Notes: generated by a model not told the origin, from the sequence alone. Shown: positions 8,651 through 19,138, counted from the stretch's first letter. The stretch is 64,000 nucleotides of DNA from an uncultured Gammaproteobacteria bacterium (GCA_937894085.1 CALCSG010000217.1:2199-66198); one strand, 5' to 3'. Numbers and translations: made by a program.

Positions 8651-11542
8651 TTATATTTGAGCTAAAAGTAGTTTTTTCATTTCAGCAGAGGGCACTGCCG
8701 GACTAAACAAATATCCCTGCATCTGATCACAGCCCTCAGCAAGCAATAGCTCAAATTGCTGAGGAGTTTCCACACCTTCGGCGATCAGATGCAGGTTCAT
8801 GCTTTTACCTAAGGCTATAATAGCCCGGGTAATTGCCAGATCCTCCTGGTCGCCGGGTAGATCACGCACAAATTCACGATCAATTTTCAATTTATCTACC
8901 GGAAACCGCTTTAGATAACTGAGCGATGAATAACCTGTCCCAAAGTCATCAATGGCTAAATCGACTCCCAAAGATTTTAATGCATTGAGTGTATGAATCG
9001 CCTGCTCGGCATTTTCCATTAACATGCTTTCGGTTATTTCCAGCTCAAGATAACCAGCATCAAGCCCGGATATCTGCAATATCTGCTGCACTTGCGAAAC
9101 AATATCAGCTTGAGTGAGCTGACGTGCTGATAAATTGACTGACATTTTTAGCGCAGGTAACCCGGCCCGCTGCCACTCAACGGCCTGACGACAGGCCTCG
9201 AACAGTACCCACTTTCCTATCGGTTCTATCAACCCGCTTTCTTCTGCGAAGGGAATAAACTGGTTTGGAGATACCAGACCTGTTTGCGGATGCTCCCAGC
9301 GTATCAGAGCTTCCATGCCAACTATCTGGTTAGAACTTAATTCGATCTGAGGTTGATAATAAAGACGAAATTCTTCACGATTTAACGCATGCCGCAAATC
9401 AACCTGAAGCTTTTGACGCTCTTTGGCGATGGCTGTCAGAGTATCAGAAAAGTACTGAAATCCATTGCGCCCCAGGTCTTTAGCCCGATACATAGCAGCA
9501 TCCGCATTTTTAATCAGGGTGTCGACATTTTCGCCCTGCTCAGGATAAATCGAGATACCGATACTACTGGAAACAAAAAGCTCATGACCGTCAATAGCAA
9601 ACGGCTTTCTGAATCTTTCCAGTATCTTCTCTGCGACCAGAGCGGCATCCTGTGGTTGATCAATCTGCTCAACCAGAATTAAAAACTCATCGCCACCCTG
9701 ACGTGCAACGGTATCACCCTGACGCACAATTTCCTTTAAAATCGTTGACGCACTCTGTAATAATTTATCGCCTACCGCATGCCCAAGAGAGTCATTGACC
9801 TCCTTAAAATTATCCAGATCTATGAACAATAAAGCCATATTCACTTTGCTTCGACTGGCTCGATGAATGGCATGTTCCAGGCGTAACTGAAATAACATGC
9901 GATTCGGTAAATTCGTCAGCGGATCGTGATGTGATAAATATTCAAGTCGCTGCTGGGTTTCTTTAATTGCACTTATATCACCGAAAACACCTACATAATT
10001 TGTCAGCTTACCGGTTTCATCTTTGAGTGTATTTATAGTCAGCCACTCCGGGTAAAGCTCACCTGATTTGCGCCTATTCCAGATTTCTCCCTGCCAATAA
10101 CCTTTTGCCTTAATAGATGACCACATTTCTATAAAGAAAGGGTTTTTATGTTGCCCGGAATGCAGGAATGAGGGATTCCTGCCGATGACTTCCTGTTCGC
10201 TATAACCAGTAATTTCTGTAAATGCCGGGTTGACACTGACAATATTGACATCAGCATCGGCAATAATCACACCTTCCACGGTTGACTCTACAATCTTGGC
10301 CGCCAGTAACTGCTGCTTTTCAGCCTGCTTTCGGCGCGAAATATTCCTGATGACACCTGAAATAGCCAAAGGTATACCATCATCATCCGCAATGGCTCGA
10401 GAGATAGCCTCTACGTCAACAAAATCACTATTGATACTATTTAGTTTAAACTCTGCAACGCAGTGCTCCTCCCTGGCGATAGCCTGGTCGGAAAATAGCT
10501 TCACACAACGATCATGATCTACAGGGTCAACAAATTCACTCCAGTGACGGGCCAGGGAAGACTCAACTGAATTTCCCGTAAGCTTTTCCCATGCGGGACT
10601 GAGAAACTCCCAGCAGCCATTAATATCGATACGAAAAAGCACATCTTCCATATTATTAATGACGGTTCTATAGGCTTCTCTACTTTCTTTTAATTCAGTT
10701 TCCCGTTTACCGATATTTTCCGCCATAGAATTAAATGCGAGACTTACCTGGTCCATATCCTGATCGGCTTCTCTATTCAGACGTACAGAGTAATCACCAT
10801 TTGAAAGCCTGACGGTGGCCGCATTCATACTTTTCATTCGCTTCAGAAGAATTCGATTCAACATCCAGGATGCGATAATTAAACTGACAAGAAAAATTAA
10901 TGTCTTAAGGATCAGCTCTTTTTTCAGCTCGGACAATAACCTGTCCTGGAAAAGTTGAGCGGGCAATTTTATACTTAAAATTCCCCGTAAATCATCAAGT
11001 TTATAACCATAGGCGGTATCATAATTTTCACTGATACTGGCCGGCGCATTTTTTTGTTCTCCATGGCAGACAAGACATTGGGTAACTATGCGCAGAGGTG
11101 CTGAAAAGTGATAAGCCTGTTCCCCGGTGGGTTTAATAAAAGGTACAAACCTGTCTGTCGCCTGTGGGTTCTGTCTGAAATAATTCATTGCCTCCAGTTC
11201 CACACTATCGGCCTGATTCTGAGGGTTTCTGGGTCTGTCCGAAACACTGTTAAACCATATACCATCATCAGTTAATAAATTATATTCTTTTGCGATTCTA
11301 CTAATTGAGTGAGCCGGCAAAAAACGGATAGTTTTATCATTAACGGAAATATTTTCTTCGATGAATACCCGTTGATAAACTCGCCGCATGGAAACCAGAA
11401 CACCCTGTAATATTTTTGATTCCCGGTAGATGCCGGCTTTAACGGATTCGACACTGAGTAGATAGCCACGATATTCCACCAGCCCAAATGCCAGTAACAT
11501 AATACCGCTTATTGCAAAAAGTGTTTTTGTCTGGAGATTCAT
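8651..11542 (-). CDS. Signalling protein: periplasmic haem-c sensor domain (CxxCH, DUF3365/Tll0287-like) - TM - HAMP - 2xPAS - GGDEF - EAL
   Basis: 963 aa. N-terminal TM, then a periplasmic domain with CLVCHGEQ, then a second TM plus HAMP. PAS domains, GGDEF (RQGGDEFLIL) and EAL (EALIRW...DDFGTGYSS) motifs are intact. Confidence 0.85.
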   Translation of the reverse strand: MNLQTKTLFAISGIMLLAFGLVEYRGYLLSVESVKAGIYRESKILQGVLVSMRRVYQRVFIEENISVNDKTIRFLPAHSISRIAKEYNLLTDDGIWFNSVSDRPRNPQNQADSVELEAMNYFRQNPQATDRFVPFIKPTGEQAYHFSAPLRIVTQCLVCHGEQKNAPASISENYDTAYGYKLDDLRGILSIKLPAQLFQDRLLSELKKELILKTLIFLVSLIIASWMLNRILLKRMKSMNAATVRLSNGDYSVRLNREADQDMDQVSLAFNSMAENIGKRETELKESREAYRTVINNMEDVLFRIDINGCWEFLSPAWEKLTGNSVESSLARHWSEFVDPVDHDRCVKLFSDQAIAREEHCVAEFKLNSINSDFVDVEAISRAIADDDGIPLAISGVIRNISRRKQAEKQQLLAAKIVESTVEGVIIADADVNIVSVNPAFTEITGYSEQEVIGRNPSFLHSGQHKNPFFIEMWSSIKAKGYWQGEIWNRRKSGELYPEWLTINTLKDETGKLTNYVGVFGDISAIKETQQRLEYLSHHDPLTNLPNRMLFQLRLEHAIHRASRSKVNMALLFIDLDNFKEVNDSLGHAVGDKLLQSASTILKEIVRQGDTVARQGGDEFLILVEQIDQPQDAALVAEKILERFRKPFAIDGHELFVSSSIGISIYPEQGENVDTLIKNADAAMYRAKDLGRNGFQYFSDTLTAIAKERQKLQVDLRHALNREEFRLYYQPQIELSSNQIVGMEALIRWEHPQTGLVSPNQFIPFAEESGLIEPIGKWVLFEACRQAVEWQRAGLPALKMSVNLSARQLTQADIVSQVQQILQISGLDAGYLELEITESMLMENAEQAIHTLNALKSLGVDLAIDDFGTGYSSLSYLKRFPVDKLKIDREFVRDLPGDQEDLAITRAIIALGKSMNLHLIAEGVETPQQFELLLAEGCDQMQGYLFSPAVPSAEMKKLLLAQI

Positions 11543-11685
11543 AACATATGACTATAGCTGCTTACAGCTAAAAAAAGTTATGAAATTGAATATTAAAACC
11601 TATAAAACATGATCAGATTTCTGCATTCTATTCAAATCAGTTCATTAAAAAAACTTTTAATCTGAACTTCAGGAAACTACGGCAG

Positions 11686-13122
11686 TTATTTAATAATTGC
11701 TGCAAACTCTTTAACCAGTGCATCAGCAGTAATACCATTAGCAAATTTAGTCACAAAGCTGCCATCCGGGGCCATTAAATAAAGGCTGGCTGTATGGTCC
11801 ATGGTATAAAGGCTCGAATCTGATTTATCTCTCGGGCCTTTTTCATACTTAACCCTGAACTGATCGGCAACCCGTTTTATCATCTGTTCAGAACCGGTAA
11901 GCCCAATCAGGCGTTGATCAAAGTAACTGACATAATTTCGTAACAGTTTTACCGTATCCCGTTCAGGATCAACAGAAATGAAATAAGGTTGAACCTGCTC
12001 TGCCAGTACACCCATCTGTTGCAGTGCCTGAGTCAATACCGTTAAACTGGTTGGACACACATCAGGGCAGGAAGTATAACCAAAAAACACCAGTGAATAT
12101 TTTCCCTTCATATCCTGTTCAGTCACAGTTTGTCCAAGATGATTGGTCAGAAAGAAACGCCCTCCCAACCCATCAATGACGGGACTATCGTCACCATAGG
12201 CCGCCATCCTTGCTTTTGCGGCAGCATCCAGATTAGCATTCAGACATCGCTTGATGACATCTGTATTGTATTCCATCAATTTAAGATAAAGTTCCGGCCC
12301 CGCTTGCAGATCAAGCCCCAGAGTATCCAGTTCACCAATATTTATACTCTGCCCTGCGGTTAACAACTGAAGATTTTTCGCTGGCATACTCTTGTCTATA
12401 AACAAACATGCAGCTTCATGACTGGTTATTCTTGTCCTGACTTTAAGCAAGTCTGTAACCCTTTCTACATCCCACGGAGAACCAGAAACTCGATCCAGTG
12501 TTTGCAGCGCATAGGCCTGCTCAAAATAATTCAGGTTGTCATAATACGAAACGCCGAGACCGGCTTTTAATCCTCGATATCCATATTCGTATTCTTTATC
12601 AATACGACGTAACGGATCCAGCATGGCCATTCGATTTCTAATATAAATATGGGAGCGGGCAGGGTCCAGCTGGACCAGCGCTTCGGTCAACTCATCTAAC
12701 ATGATGATTGCATTACGGTCATCCATCCAGAAAAAGGGATCTCGAAAATCGGGATTCTGTCGTGACGGTAAAATTTTCAGATCGGGGCTGGACAGTAACT
12801 CGATAACTTTGACCGTTTCTGGTAACTGGCTCACTGTTGACTGCAAGGTTTTTTCCAGTTCCTGGCCTACCCAGATAAATAAGCTGGATTCAGCAAGCTG
12901 CTGTTGCTGAGTTTCGCTTAACTCAAAGTTATAGGGTGTGTTTTTTCCATCAATTAACAGCAGGGGCTCGCCTATATCCTGCATCAGGCCGGAGACTATA
13001 GAATGCACCGGTTTAATACTGGTCACCACCCTGAATTTATTTGCTGACCAGGCAGGCAGACTGGTAACCATCAACCCACAACTAACGAGCAGGATAAATA
13101 GCGGAAGAATTTTTTTTATCAT
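11686..13122 (-). CDS. Fusion protein: ZnuA/TroA-like periplasmic metal-binding-fold domain + SCO1/SenC copper chaperone (thioredoxin-like, CxxxCP)
   Basis: 478 aa. The N-terminal half aligns to the ZnuA architecture (VVTSIKPVHSIV...LFIWVGQELE). The C-terminal half carries the SCO1/SenC signature GKYSLVFFGYTSCPDVCP. Signal peptide present. Confidence 0.7.
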   Translation of the reverse strand: MIKKILPLFILLVSCGLMVTSLPAWSANKFRVVTSIKPVHSIVSGLMQDIGEPLLLIDGKNTPYNFELSETQQQQLAESSLFIWVGQELEKTLQSTVSQLPETVKVIELLSSPDLKILPSRQNPDFRDPFFWMDDRNAIIMLDELTEALVQLDPARSHIYIRNRMAMLDPLRRIDKEYEYGYRGLKAGLGVSYYDNLNYFEQAYALQTLDRVSGSPWDVERVTDLLKVRTRITSHEAACLFIDKSMPAKNLQLLTAGQSINIGELDTLGLDLQAGPELYLKLMEYNTDVIKRCLNANLDAAAKARMAAYGDDSPVIDGLGGRFFLTNHLGQTVTEQDMKGKYSLVFFGYTSCPDVCPTSLTVLTQALQQMGVLAEQVQPYFISVDPERDTVKLLRNYVSYFDQRLIGLTGSEQMIKRVADQFRVKYEKGPRDKSDSSLYTMDHTASLYLMAPDGSFVTKFANGITADALVKEFAAIIK

Positions 13123-13457
13123 TGCTTAAAGTTTAATTCAATCTGCTTTATTGCGGCATCAACCTGTTGCGTGAAATCCTGTGAATCAGGACAGGAAGAA
13201 TTGTTACTCATAAAATTCATGAATGAGTCATTGGTTGCTTGTTCAAACCAGTCACCTAATACCCGCTGTTTGGGTAAGTGCACCACTAAAGTCAGCTTGA
13301 TTCGCTGCATTTGATCCATGTAACGACATTGCAGCGCAACTCCATTGAGCTGCCCCATACCGGCTATTGCCGATAATTGATCTGGTGTTGCGGCACCAGC
13401 TGGTGCAAACCACAATAAGCTTGCGATTAACGGGACTATTAACTGACTACTTTTCAT
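13119..13457 (-). CDS. Hypothetical secreted protein (signal peptide, conserved Cys pair)
   Basis: 112-aa ORF. Its stop overlaps the start of the SCO1 fusion (ATGA), so the two genes are coupled. Confidence 0.5.
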   Translation of the reverse strand: MKSSQLIVPLIASLLWFAPAGAATPDQLSAIAGMGQLNGVALQCRYMDQMQRIKLTLVVHLPKQRVLGDWFEQATNDSFMNFMSNNSSCPDSQDFTQQVDAAIKQIELNFKQ

Positions 13458-13477
13458 TTTTTACTCTGTATAATTGC

Positions 13478-14344
13478 TTAATGTTCGATATTTTCATCGT
13501 TTAACATTTTCAATAAATGGTCGGGGATTTCTCTGGCGCGGGAAAAATTTGCACCCGTTAATACGGCGTTGTTAAATCGTGTATTTTGAAGAAGTGATTC
13601 ACTAAAATTTGCGTTATCAAGGCGCGCACCATTTAATAAAGAATTGCTTATATTGGCACCAGTAAAATCAGAATTTTCCAGTGCGCCACCGGTTAACACC
13701 ACGTTATAAAATGTACTGTCTCGCAGTTTGCTGCCAATCAAAACCGCCCGCTGCATAAAACAGCCGACAAATTTACTTCTATTAAAATTACTTTCTTCCA
13801 TCGCAATATCTTTCATGTAGGCGGTTGTGAAATCAGCCTGCTCGGCAAACACTTCATTTAAATTAGCGCCAAACATATTGGCCCTGGTAAATTGACTGTT
13901 GCTCAGGTTGGCACCATCAAATGTGGTGTGAAAAAGATCGGCTTCGGTCATATCCACCTGTTCCATCTGACACTCGGTTAAAATGGCCCATTTCAAATCT
14001 GCCTTACGAAGGCTTGAGCCAGTTAGATTGCATCCGGAAAGCTTCGCATTAGATAGATCCACACCATCCAGTATTGACCCTTGTAAATCAATACCCTCTA
14101 AAGACCTGCCTGCAAAGGAGCAATGTCTCAGATCGGTTGCTGCCTGTGGAGACTCACAATCACCTTTTTCTGCTGCATAAAGTGAAACAGCAGGGAAAAG
14201 AGCCGCAAATATAAATGTAAATAGAACTGTTCTGATCGATCGCACAAATAATTCCCGGTCTGATATTTCTAGCTGCTTGACAAACAGCAGGAATGACCGT
14301 CTATTAAACAAGATAAACGGGTCGTTGACTTTGATATTGATCAA
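13478..14344 (-). CDS. Pentapeptide-repeat protein (secreted)
   Basis: About 200 aa of A(D/N)LxX-type pentapeptide repeats (ANLSNSQFTRANMFGANLNE...). N-terminal hydrophobic segment. The true start may lie downstream of the annotated Met. Confidence 0.75.
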   Translation of the reverse strand: MINIKVNDPFILFNRRSFLLFVKQLEISDRELFVRSIRTVLFTFIFAALFPAVSLYAAEKGDCESPQAATDLRHCSFAGRSLEGIDLQGSILDGVDLSNAKLSGCNLTGSSLRKADLKWAILTECQMEQVDMTEADLFHTTFDGANLSNSQFTRANMFGANLNEVFAEQADFTTAYMKDIAMEESNFNRSKFVGCFMQRAVLIGSKLRDSTFYNVVLTGGALENSDFTGANISNSLLNGARLDNANFSESLLQNTRFNNAVLTGANFSRAREIPDHLLKMLNDENIEH

Positions 14345-14402
14345 GAGTCTACATTCGTTACTGGGGTTATAATATCAAATTCAGCTTATAATATTTCTTT
14401 AC

Positions 14403-15080
14403 ATGCTTTTAAAATTCACTCTAGTTGTTTGTTCTTTATTGTACCTGTCTTCAGCGGTAGCTTCGGAGGTCGATTATGACCCCGATATCGGCAATGAAAT
14501 TAATGAAGTTTGTGCTGGCTGTCATGGCGAATACGGGCAGGGTGGAAAAGAAGGATTATACCCCCGACTGGCAGGTATGCCGGCTGTTTTCATCGCAAAA
14601 CAGCTTGAATTGTTCAGAAGCCACAAACGCCCTAATATGCCGATGCTGCAATATATTGATGAACGTCAAATGCCGGATCAGGACATCTTAAATATTTCCA
14701 TTTATCTTTCTAAAATAAAACTCAATACACGGTTACCCCCTGTCGATGAAACAGCCGCCGATTTTGACGCTTATGCGCGTTTGCTGGAATCTAAAAAATT
14801 AATGCAAATTCCACGCGCAAAAGGCAATGTGGAAAATGGCTTAAAACTTTACAAAAAAGAATGTGCAAGTTGTCACGGTAAAGATGGTTATGGAATAGAT
14901 AAAAAAGGCGTTCCCTTATTAGCCGGGCAATACACCAGTTACCTGTGGAAACAGGTGGATAAATTGCGTAAAAAAATCAGGATTCACGATATAGATGAAC
15001 CCGATACAGAATTACTTAATGATTTTAGTGATCAGGAGCTGACAGATATATTTGCGTGGTTATCTACAGCGGACGATTAA
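14403..15080 (+). CDS. Dihaem cytochrome c4-family protein
   Basis: 225 aa with a signal peptide and two CxxCH motifs (CAGCH, CASCH) in two c-type domains. Confidence 0.8.
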   Translation: MLLKFTLVVCSLLYLSSAVASEVDYDPDIGNEINEVCAGCHGEYGQGGKEGLYPRLAGMPAVFIAKQLELFRSHKRPNMPMLQYIDERQMPDQDILNISIYLSKIKLNTRLPPVDETAADFDAYARLLESKKLMQIPRAKGNVENGLKLYKKECASCHGKDGYGIDKKGVPLLAGQYTSYLWKQVDKLRKKIRIHDIDEPDTELLNDFSDQELTDIFAWLSTADD

Positions 15081-15386
15081 ACCCGAAAACTAATCCTGAC
15101 ATTGACCTGTGTGGCAGGAGTTATTTTTTATTGTCCATTAATGATTATTACTCCTTCAAAAAAGATTAGAGGCTGTTTTCTCAGTATGAGTTGAAAAGCT
15201 GATATTTCCACTGTTTCATTAATAAATATCTTTAATGTACTGCAATTGCAGTATTTACCCACCCCGTTGCAATCCCTAGCATAGTCTTAATTTCGGGCTC
15301 CCCTGATTCGTATCTGTCACAATGAGGGGAAGTACCCATTCTATCAACGGTCATTTTCGCGTGATTTTTCACGGAAAATTACGCAC

Positions 15387-16856
15387 ATGGAGCACAATAT
15401 GCCTAACGGTTTAAGACTATTAAAAACTGAAGCCTATATCGATGGTAAGTGGATATCCGCCGAAAGCGGTAAACGATTCCCTGTTACCAATCCTGCGAAT
15501 GGAGAGTTACTGGCTGAAGTACCTGATTTAGGGCAATCCGAAACTCGCCTGGCAATTGAGCAAGCCAATGCTGCCTGGCCGGCATGGAGAGAGAAAACTG
15601 CAAAAGAGCGGGCGAATATTCTACGCCGCTGGTATGAATTACAGGTTCAGCATCAGGAAGACCTGGCGCAACTGATGACCGCCGAACAGGGTAAACCCCT
15701 CGCCGAGGCACGCGGCGAAGTGATATATGCCGCTTCATTTGTCGAATGGTTTGCGGAAGAAGGCAAACGGATTTACGGTGATGTAATTCCCACAAATGCT
15801 AATGATCGACGAATTCTGGTCATCAAACAACCGATTGGTGTGGTCGCTGCCATCACTCCGTGGAATTTTCCACTTGCCATGATTACCCGCAAGTGCGCAC
15901 CTGCCCTTGCCGCCGGTTGCCCAGTAGTGGTCAAACCTGCGGATCTAACCCCATTATCGGCACTGGCGCTGGCTGCTCTGGCCGAACAGGCAGGTATTCC
16001 TGCCGGTGTGTTTAATGTGGTCACCAGTAAAAGCCCGATTGAAGTCGGCGCTGAACTGACATCAAATCCATTAGTGCGAAAACTGTCCTTCACCGGATCT
16101 ACCGCAGTCGGTAAAAAACTGATTGAGCAGTGCGCTGCAACGGTCAAGAAACTGTCTCTGGAACTGGGCGGTAATGCACCCTTTATCGTATTCGATGATG
16201 CGGATCTGGATGCGGCTGTTGCCGGGGCCATGGCGTCAAAATATCGCAACGCGGGGCAGACCTGCGTATGCGCTAACCGCCTGCTGGTTCAGGACGGAGT
16301 ATACGACGCATTCGCAGAAAAGCTTGCAGTTGCCGTATCAGCCCTGAAGGTAGGGCATGGAATAGATGAAGGCGTCACACAGGGACCGCTGATTAATGAG
16401 GCCGCTATAGCCAAGGTGGAAGACCATATCAGCGATGCCGTGGCACACGGAGCGCGCATCTTATGCGGGGGTCACCGTCACGAAATAGGTGGAACCTTCT
16501 TCCAGCCCACTATCCTCGCAGATGTAACCGAAGTGATGAAGGTTAGCCGCGAAGAGACCTTCGGCCCGGTTGCCCCGCTGTACCGCTTTAAGGATGAGCA
16601 GGAAGCTATCCGTCTGGCGAATGATACAGAATTCGGGCTCGCGTCCTATTTTTACAGCCGTGATATCGGCCGCTGCTGGCGCGTCGCCGAGGCACTCGAA
16701 TACGGCATCGTCGGCATCAACGAAGGCATTATCTCGACCGAAGTTGCTCCATTTGGCGGCGTAAAGGAATCCGGTCTGGGCAGAGAAGGATCGAAATACG
16801 GCCTGGAAGACTTTACCGAAATTAAATACATGTGCATGGGCGGCCTGAATAGTTAG
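15387..16856 (+). CDS. gabD: Succinate-semialdehyde dehydrogenase (NAD(P)+), aldehyde dehydrogenase family
   Basis: 489 aa with strong GabD-like sequence throughout (catalytic Cys region GQTCVCANR, ELGGNAPFIVF). The start may be the internal MPNGL Met. Confidence 0.9.
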   Translation: MEHNMPNGLRLLKTEAYIDGKWISAESGKRFPVTNPANGELLAEVPDLGQSETRLAIEQANAAWPAWREKTAKERANILRRWYELQVQHQEDLAQLMTAEQGKPLAEARGEVIYAASFVEWFAEEGKRIYGDVIPTNANDRRILVIKQPIGVVAAITPWNFPLAMITRKCAPALAAGCPVVVKPADLTPLSALALAALAEQAGIPAGVFNVVTSKSPIEVGAELTSNPLVRKLSFTGSTAVGKKLIEQCAATVKKLSLELGGNAPFIVFDDADLDAAVAGAMASKYRNAGQTCVCANRLLVQDGVYDAFAEKLAVAVSALKVGHGIDEGVTQGPLINEAAIAKVEDHISDAVAHGARILCGGHRHEIGGTFFQPTILADVTEVMKVSREETFGPVAPLYRFKDEQEAIRLANDTEFGLASYFYSRDIGRCWRVAEALEYGIVGINEGIISTEVAPFGGVKESGLGREGSKYGLEDFTEIKYMCMGGLNS

Positions 16857-16909
16857 CCAGCCTCATTCAACATTTCAATTATTGATACTCATTTAGTGGA
16901 GAACCTACT

Positions 16910-18199
16910 GTGAAAACCAATCAACAATTACAGCAACGCAAACAGATGGCCATAGCTCGCGGTCAGGGCAATGTGGCACCTATTTATGTAGATCACGCAC
17001 TAAATGCCGAAATATGGGATGTTGAGGGTCGACGTTATATCGATTTCGGTTCCGGTATAGCGGTGGTCAATACAGGACACAGTCATCCAAAAATCAGGGC
17101 GGCAGTGCATGAACAGCTGGATAAATTCAGTCATACCTGTGTCATGGTGAGCCCTTATGAAAGTGCGGTCGAACTGGCCGAACGTCTGAATGCTATCGCA
17201 CCCATTAAAAATGCCAAATCGATGTTTGTCACTACCGGTGCTGAAGCGGTTGAAAACGCCATCAAGATAGCCAGAGTGCATACCGGTCGCCGCGGCGTTG
17301 TCGCATTCAACGGCGGTTTTCATGGCCGCACCAGCATGGGTATGGCTTTAACCGGTAAGGTAGCACCCTACAAAGCAGGCTTTGGCCCTTTCCCCGGAGA
17401 AATCTATCATGTGCCCTTTCCGATTGAATATCATGGCATCAGTGTGACCGATTCCCTGCGTGCACTGGATACCCTGTTCAAGGTTGATATTGAGCCAGAA
17501 GCTGTTGCTGCCATTATCATTGAACCGGTACAGGGTGAAGGTGGGTTTTATCCAGTTCCGCCCGGCTTTTTGAAAGATTTACGCAGCATCTGTGACCAGC
17601 ACGGTATCGTATTGATATGCGATGAAATCCAGACCGGCTTTGCACGTACCGGGCGTATGTTTGCTGTCGAGCACGATGCTGTCGAACCCGATCTGATGAC
17701 CCTCGCAAAAGGCATGGCGGGCGGATTTCCAATCGCCGCAGTGGTTGGCAAGGCGGAGATCATGGATGCCCCGTCGCCTGGTGGCCTGGGCGGAACCTAT
17801 GGCGGTTCACCCATCAGTTGTGCGGCAGCACTTGCTGTTCTGGATGTCATTGAAGAAGAGTCCCTGTGTGAGCGCGCAACACAGATTGGCGACAATATTT
17901 CATCTCATCTGCTTAAGCTGCAGACCGCTCATACCCGCACCATCGGACAAATCCGGCATACGGGTGCCATGGTCGCTATTGAACTCATCAGGGAAGGCGA
18001 TCCCGAACAACCTGATCCTGACCTGGCCAAACAAATTGTTGCTGAGGCTGCCGAAAGGGGCTTAATCCTGTTGTCCTGCGGTATTCGAGGCAATGTCATT
18101 CGTATACTGGTACCCCTGACCATCAGCGATGCGGTACTACAGGAAGGTCTGGAAATATTATCCGGGATTATCAACAACTCGGTGGCCATGGCGGCCTGA
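16910..18199 (+). CDS. gabT: 4-aminobutyrate aminotransferase (class III PLP aminotransferase)
   Basis: 429 aa, GTG start. Class III aminotransferase motifs (ICDEIQTGFARTG, TLAKGMAGGFP). Confidence 0.9.
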   Translation: MKTNQQLQQRKQMAIARGQGNVAPIYVDHALNAEIWDVEGRRYIDFGSGIAVVNTGHSHPKIRAAVHEQLDKFSHTCVMVSPYESAVELAERLNAIAPIKNAKSMFVTTGAEAVENAIKIARVHTGRRGVVAFNGGFHGRTSMGMALTGKVAPYKAGFGPFPGEIYHVPFPIEYHGISVTDSLRALDTLFKVDIEPEAVAAIIIEPVQGEGGFYPVPPGFLKDLRSICDQHGIVLICDEIQTGFARTGRMFAVEHDAVEPDLMTLAKGMAGGFPIAAVVGKAEIMDAPSPGGLGGTYGGSPISCAAALAVLDVIEEESLCERATQIGDNISSHLLKLQTAHTRTIGQIRHTGAMVAIELIREGDPEQPDPDLAKQIVAEAAERGLILLSCGIRGNVIRILVPLTISDAVLQEGLEILSGIINNSVAMAA

Positions 18200-18231
18200 G
18201 AAATCTGAAACCTTTTAACCTGGATAAATCA

Positions 18232-18267
18232 GGGGCAGTTTATAAAACTGCCCCTTTTTGTTATGGC
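18232..18267 (+). terminator. Rho-independent terminator after gabT
   Basis: GGGGCAGTTTT-AT-AAAACTGCCCC perfect 11-bp inverted repeat followed by TTTTTGTT. Confidence 0.75.
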
Positions 18268-18276
18268 TTCAGCTGT

Positions 18277-19110
18277 CTAAGGATTATCCGTATCTGGAAA
18301 ATCATCTTCATTAGCCAGCGTGTCGAAAAAAAAGGTAAACAGTTCGGCCTGCGAAGATATATTTAATTTTGCATAGATATTTCTGCGGTGTACACGCTCC
18401 GTGGTAGGCGATATGCCTAACTCCCTGGCGCAGGATTTCGAGGAATGTCCACGCAGCATCATTTGTGCGACACGGCGTTCCTGCGGAGTCAGAGTTTGCG
18501 CACCAAAGCTGGAAAAATAATCCGACAGCTGTTTTTTCAATCGTACTTTGGGTGACTCTATTAAAAGGGAGGCGTGCAGTTTGACGCAGCCGTCAATTAT
18601 GGATTTAACGGCATTAAGTTCATGTCGTTCGAGATCAGAATAGACCTCGAAATGCTCTGTTCTGCCCAGTGACGCGAGGACTGCCGAGTCATTGTCGATC
18701 GGTATCAGATAAGCCATTTCATCGCGTAAACCGGAGCGCATGTAGTAATCGGTGTAATAAATACTGTCGAAAAAACCATCTGGCGCAATGTCATGTAAAC
18801 GATATAATTCGGCCTCTGCCTGGTTTTCCAGCCATTGCAGATAAAAAGGACTTAACAGATATGCTCCTTCAAAATATCGTCCATACAGGGCCTGCCGGTC
18901 GAGCGGGGCAAGCTCCTCGTGCAATACTACAGGGGATTGATGGCGGTGATAAACCAGCATAACCATGCTGTCGATATCCGCCCTGTGGCGTAAAAACCCA
19001 CTCAGTTGCTTATAAAAACCGGCTCTTCCGATAAATGAGATTAATAAGCCTGCCTGTTCGGCCAATGGCTGTATATGCCTGACATCAAAGGGTATAGCAG
19101 AATCATCCAC
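18277..19110 (-). CDS. LuxR-family transcriptional regulator (C-terminal HTH, uncharacterised N-terminal ligand domain)
   Basis: 277 aa. C-terminal ERRVAQMMLRGHSSKSCARELGISPTTERVHRRNIYAKL is a LuxR/GerE-type HTH. Confidence 0.8.
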   Translation of the reverse strand: MDDSAIPFDVRHIQPLAEQAGLLISFIGRAGFYKQLSGFLRHRADIDSMVMLVYHRHQSPVVLHEELAPLDRQALYGRYFEGAYLLSPFYLQWLENQAEAELYRLHDIAPDGFFDSIYYTDYYMRSGLRDEMAYLIPIDNDSAVLASLGRTEHFEVYSDLERHELNAVKSIIDGCVKLHASLLIESPKVRLKKQLSDYFSSFGAQTLTPQERRVAQMMLRGHSSKSCARELGISPTTERVHRRNIYAKLNISSQAELFTFFFDTLANEDDFPDTDNP

Positions 19111-19138
19111 ATTATTAACCCGCTAACATCTGTCAGAG

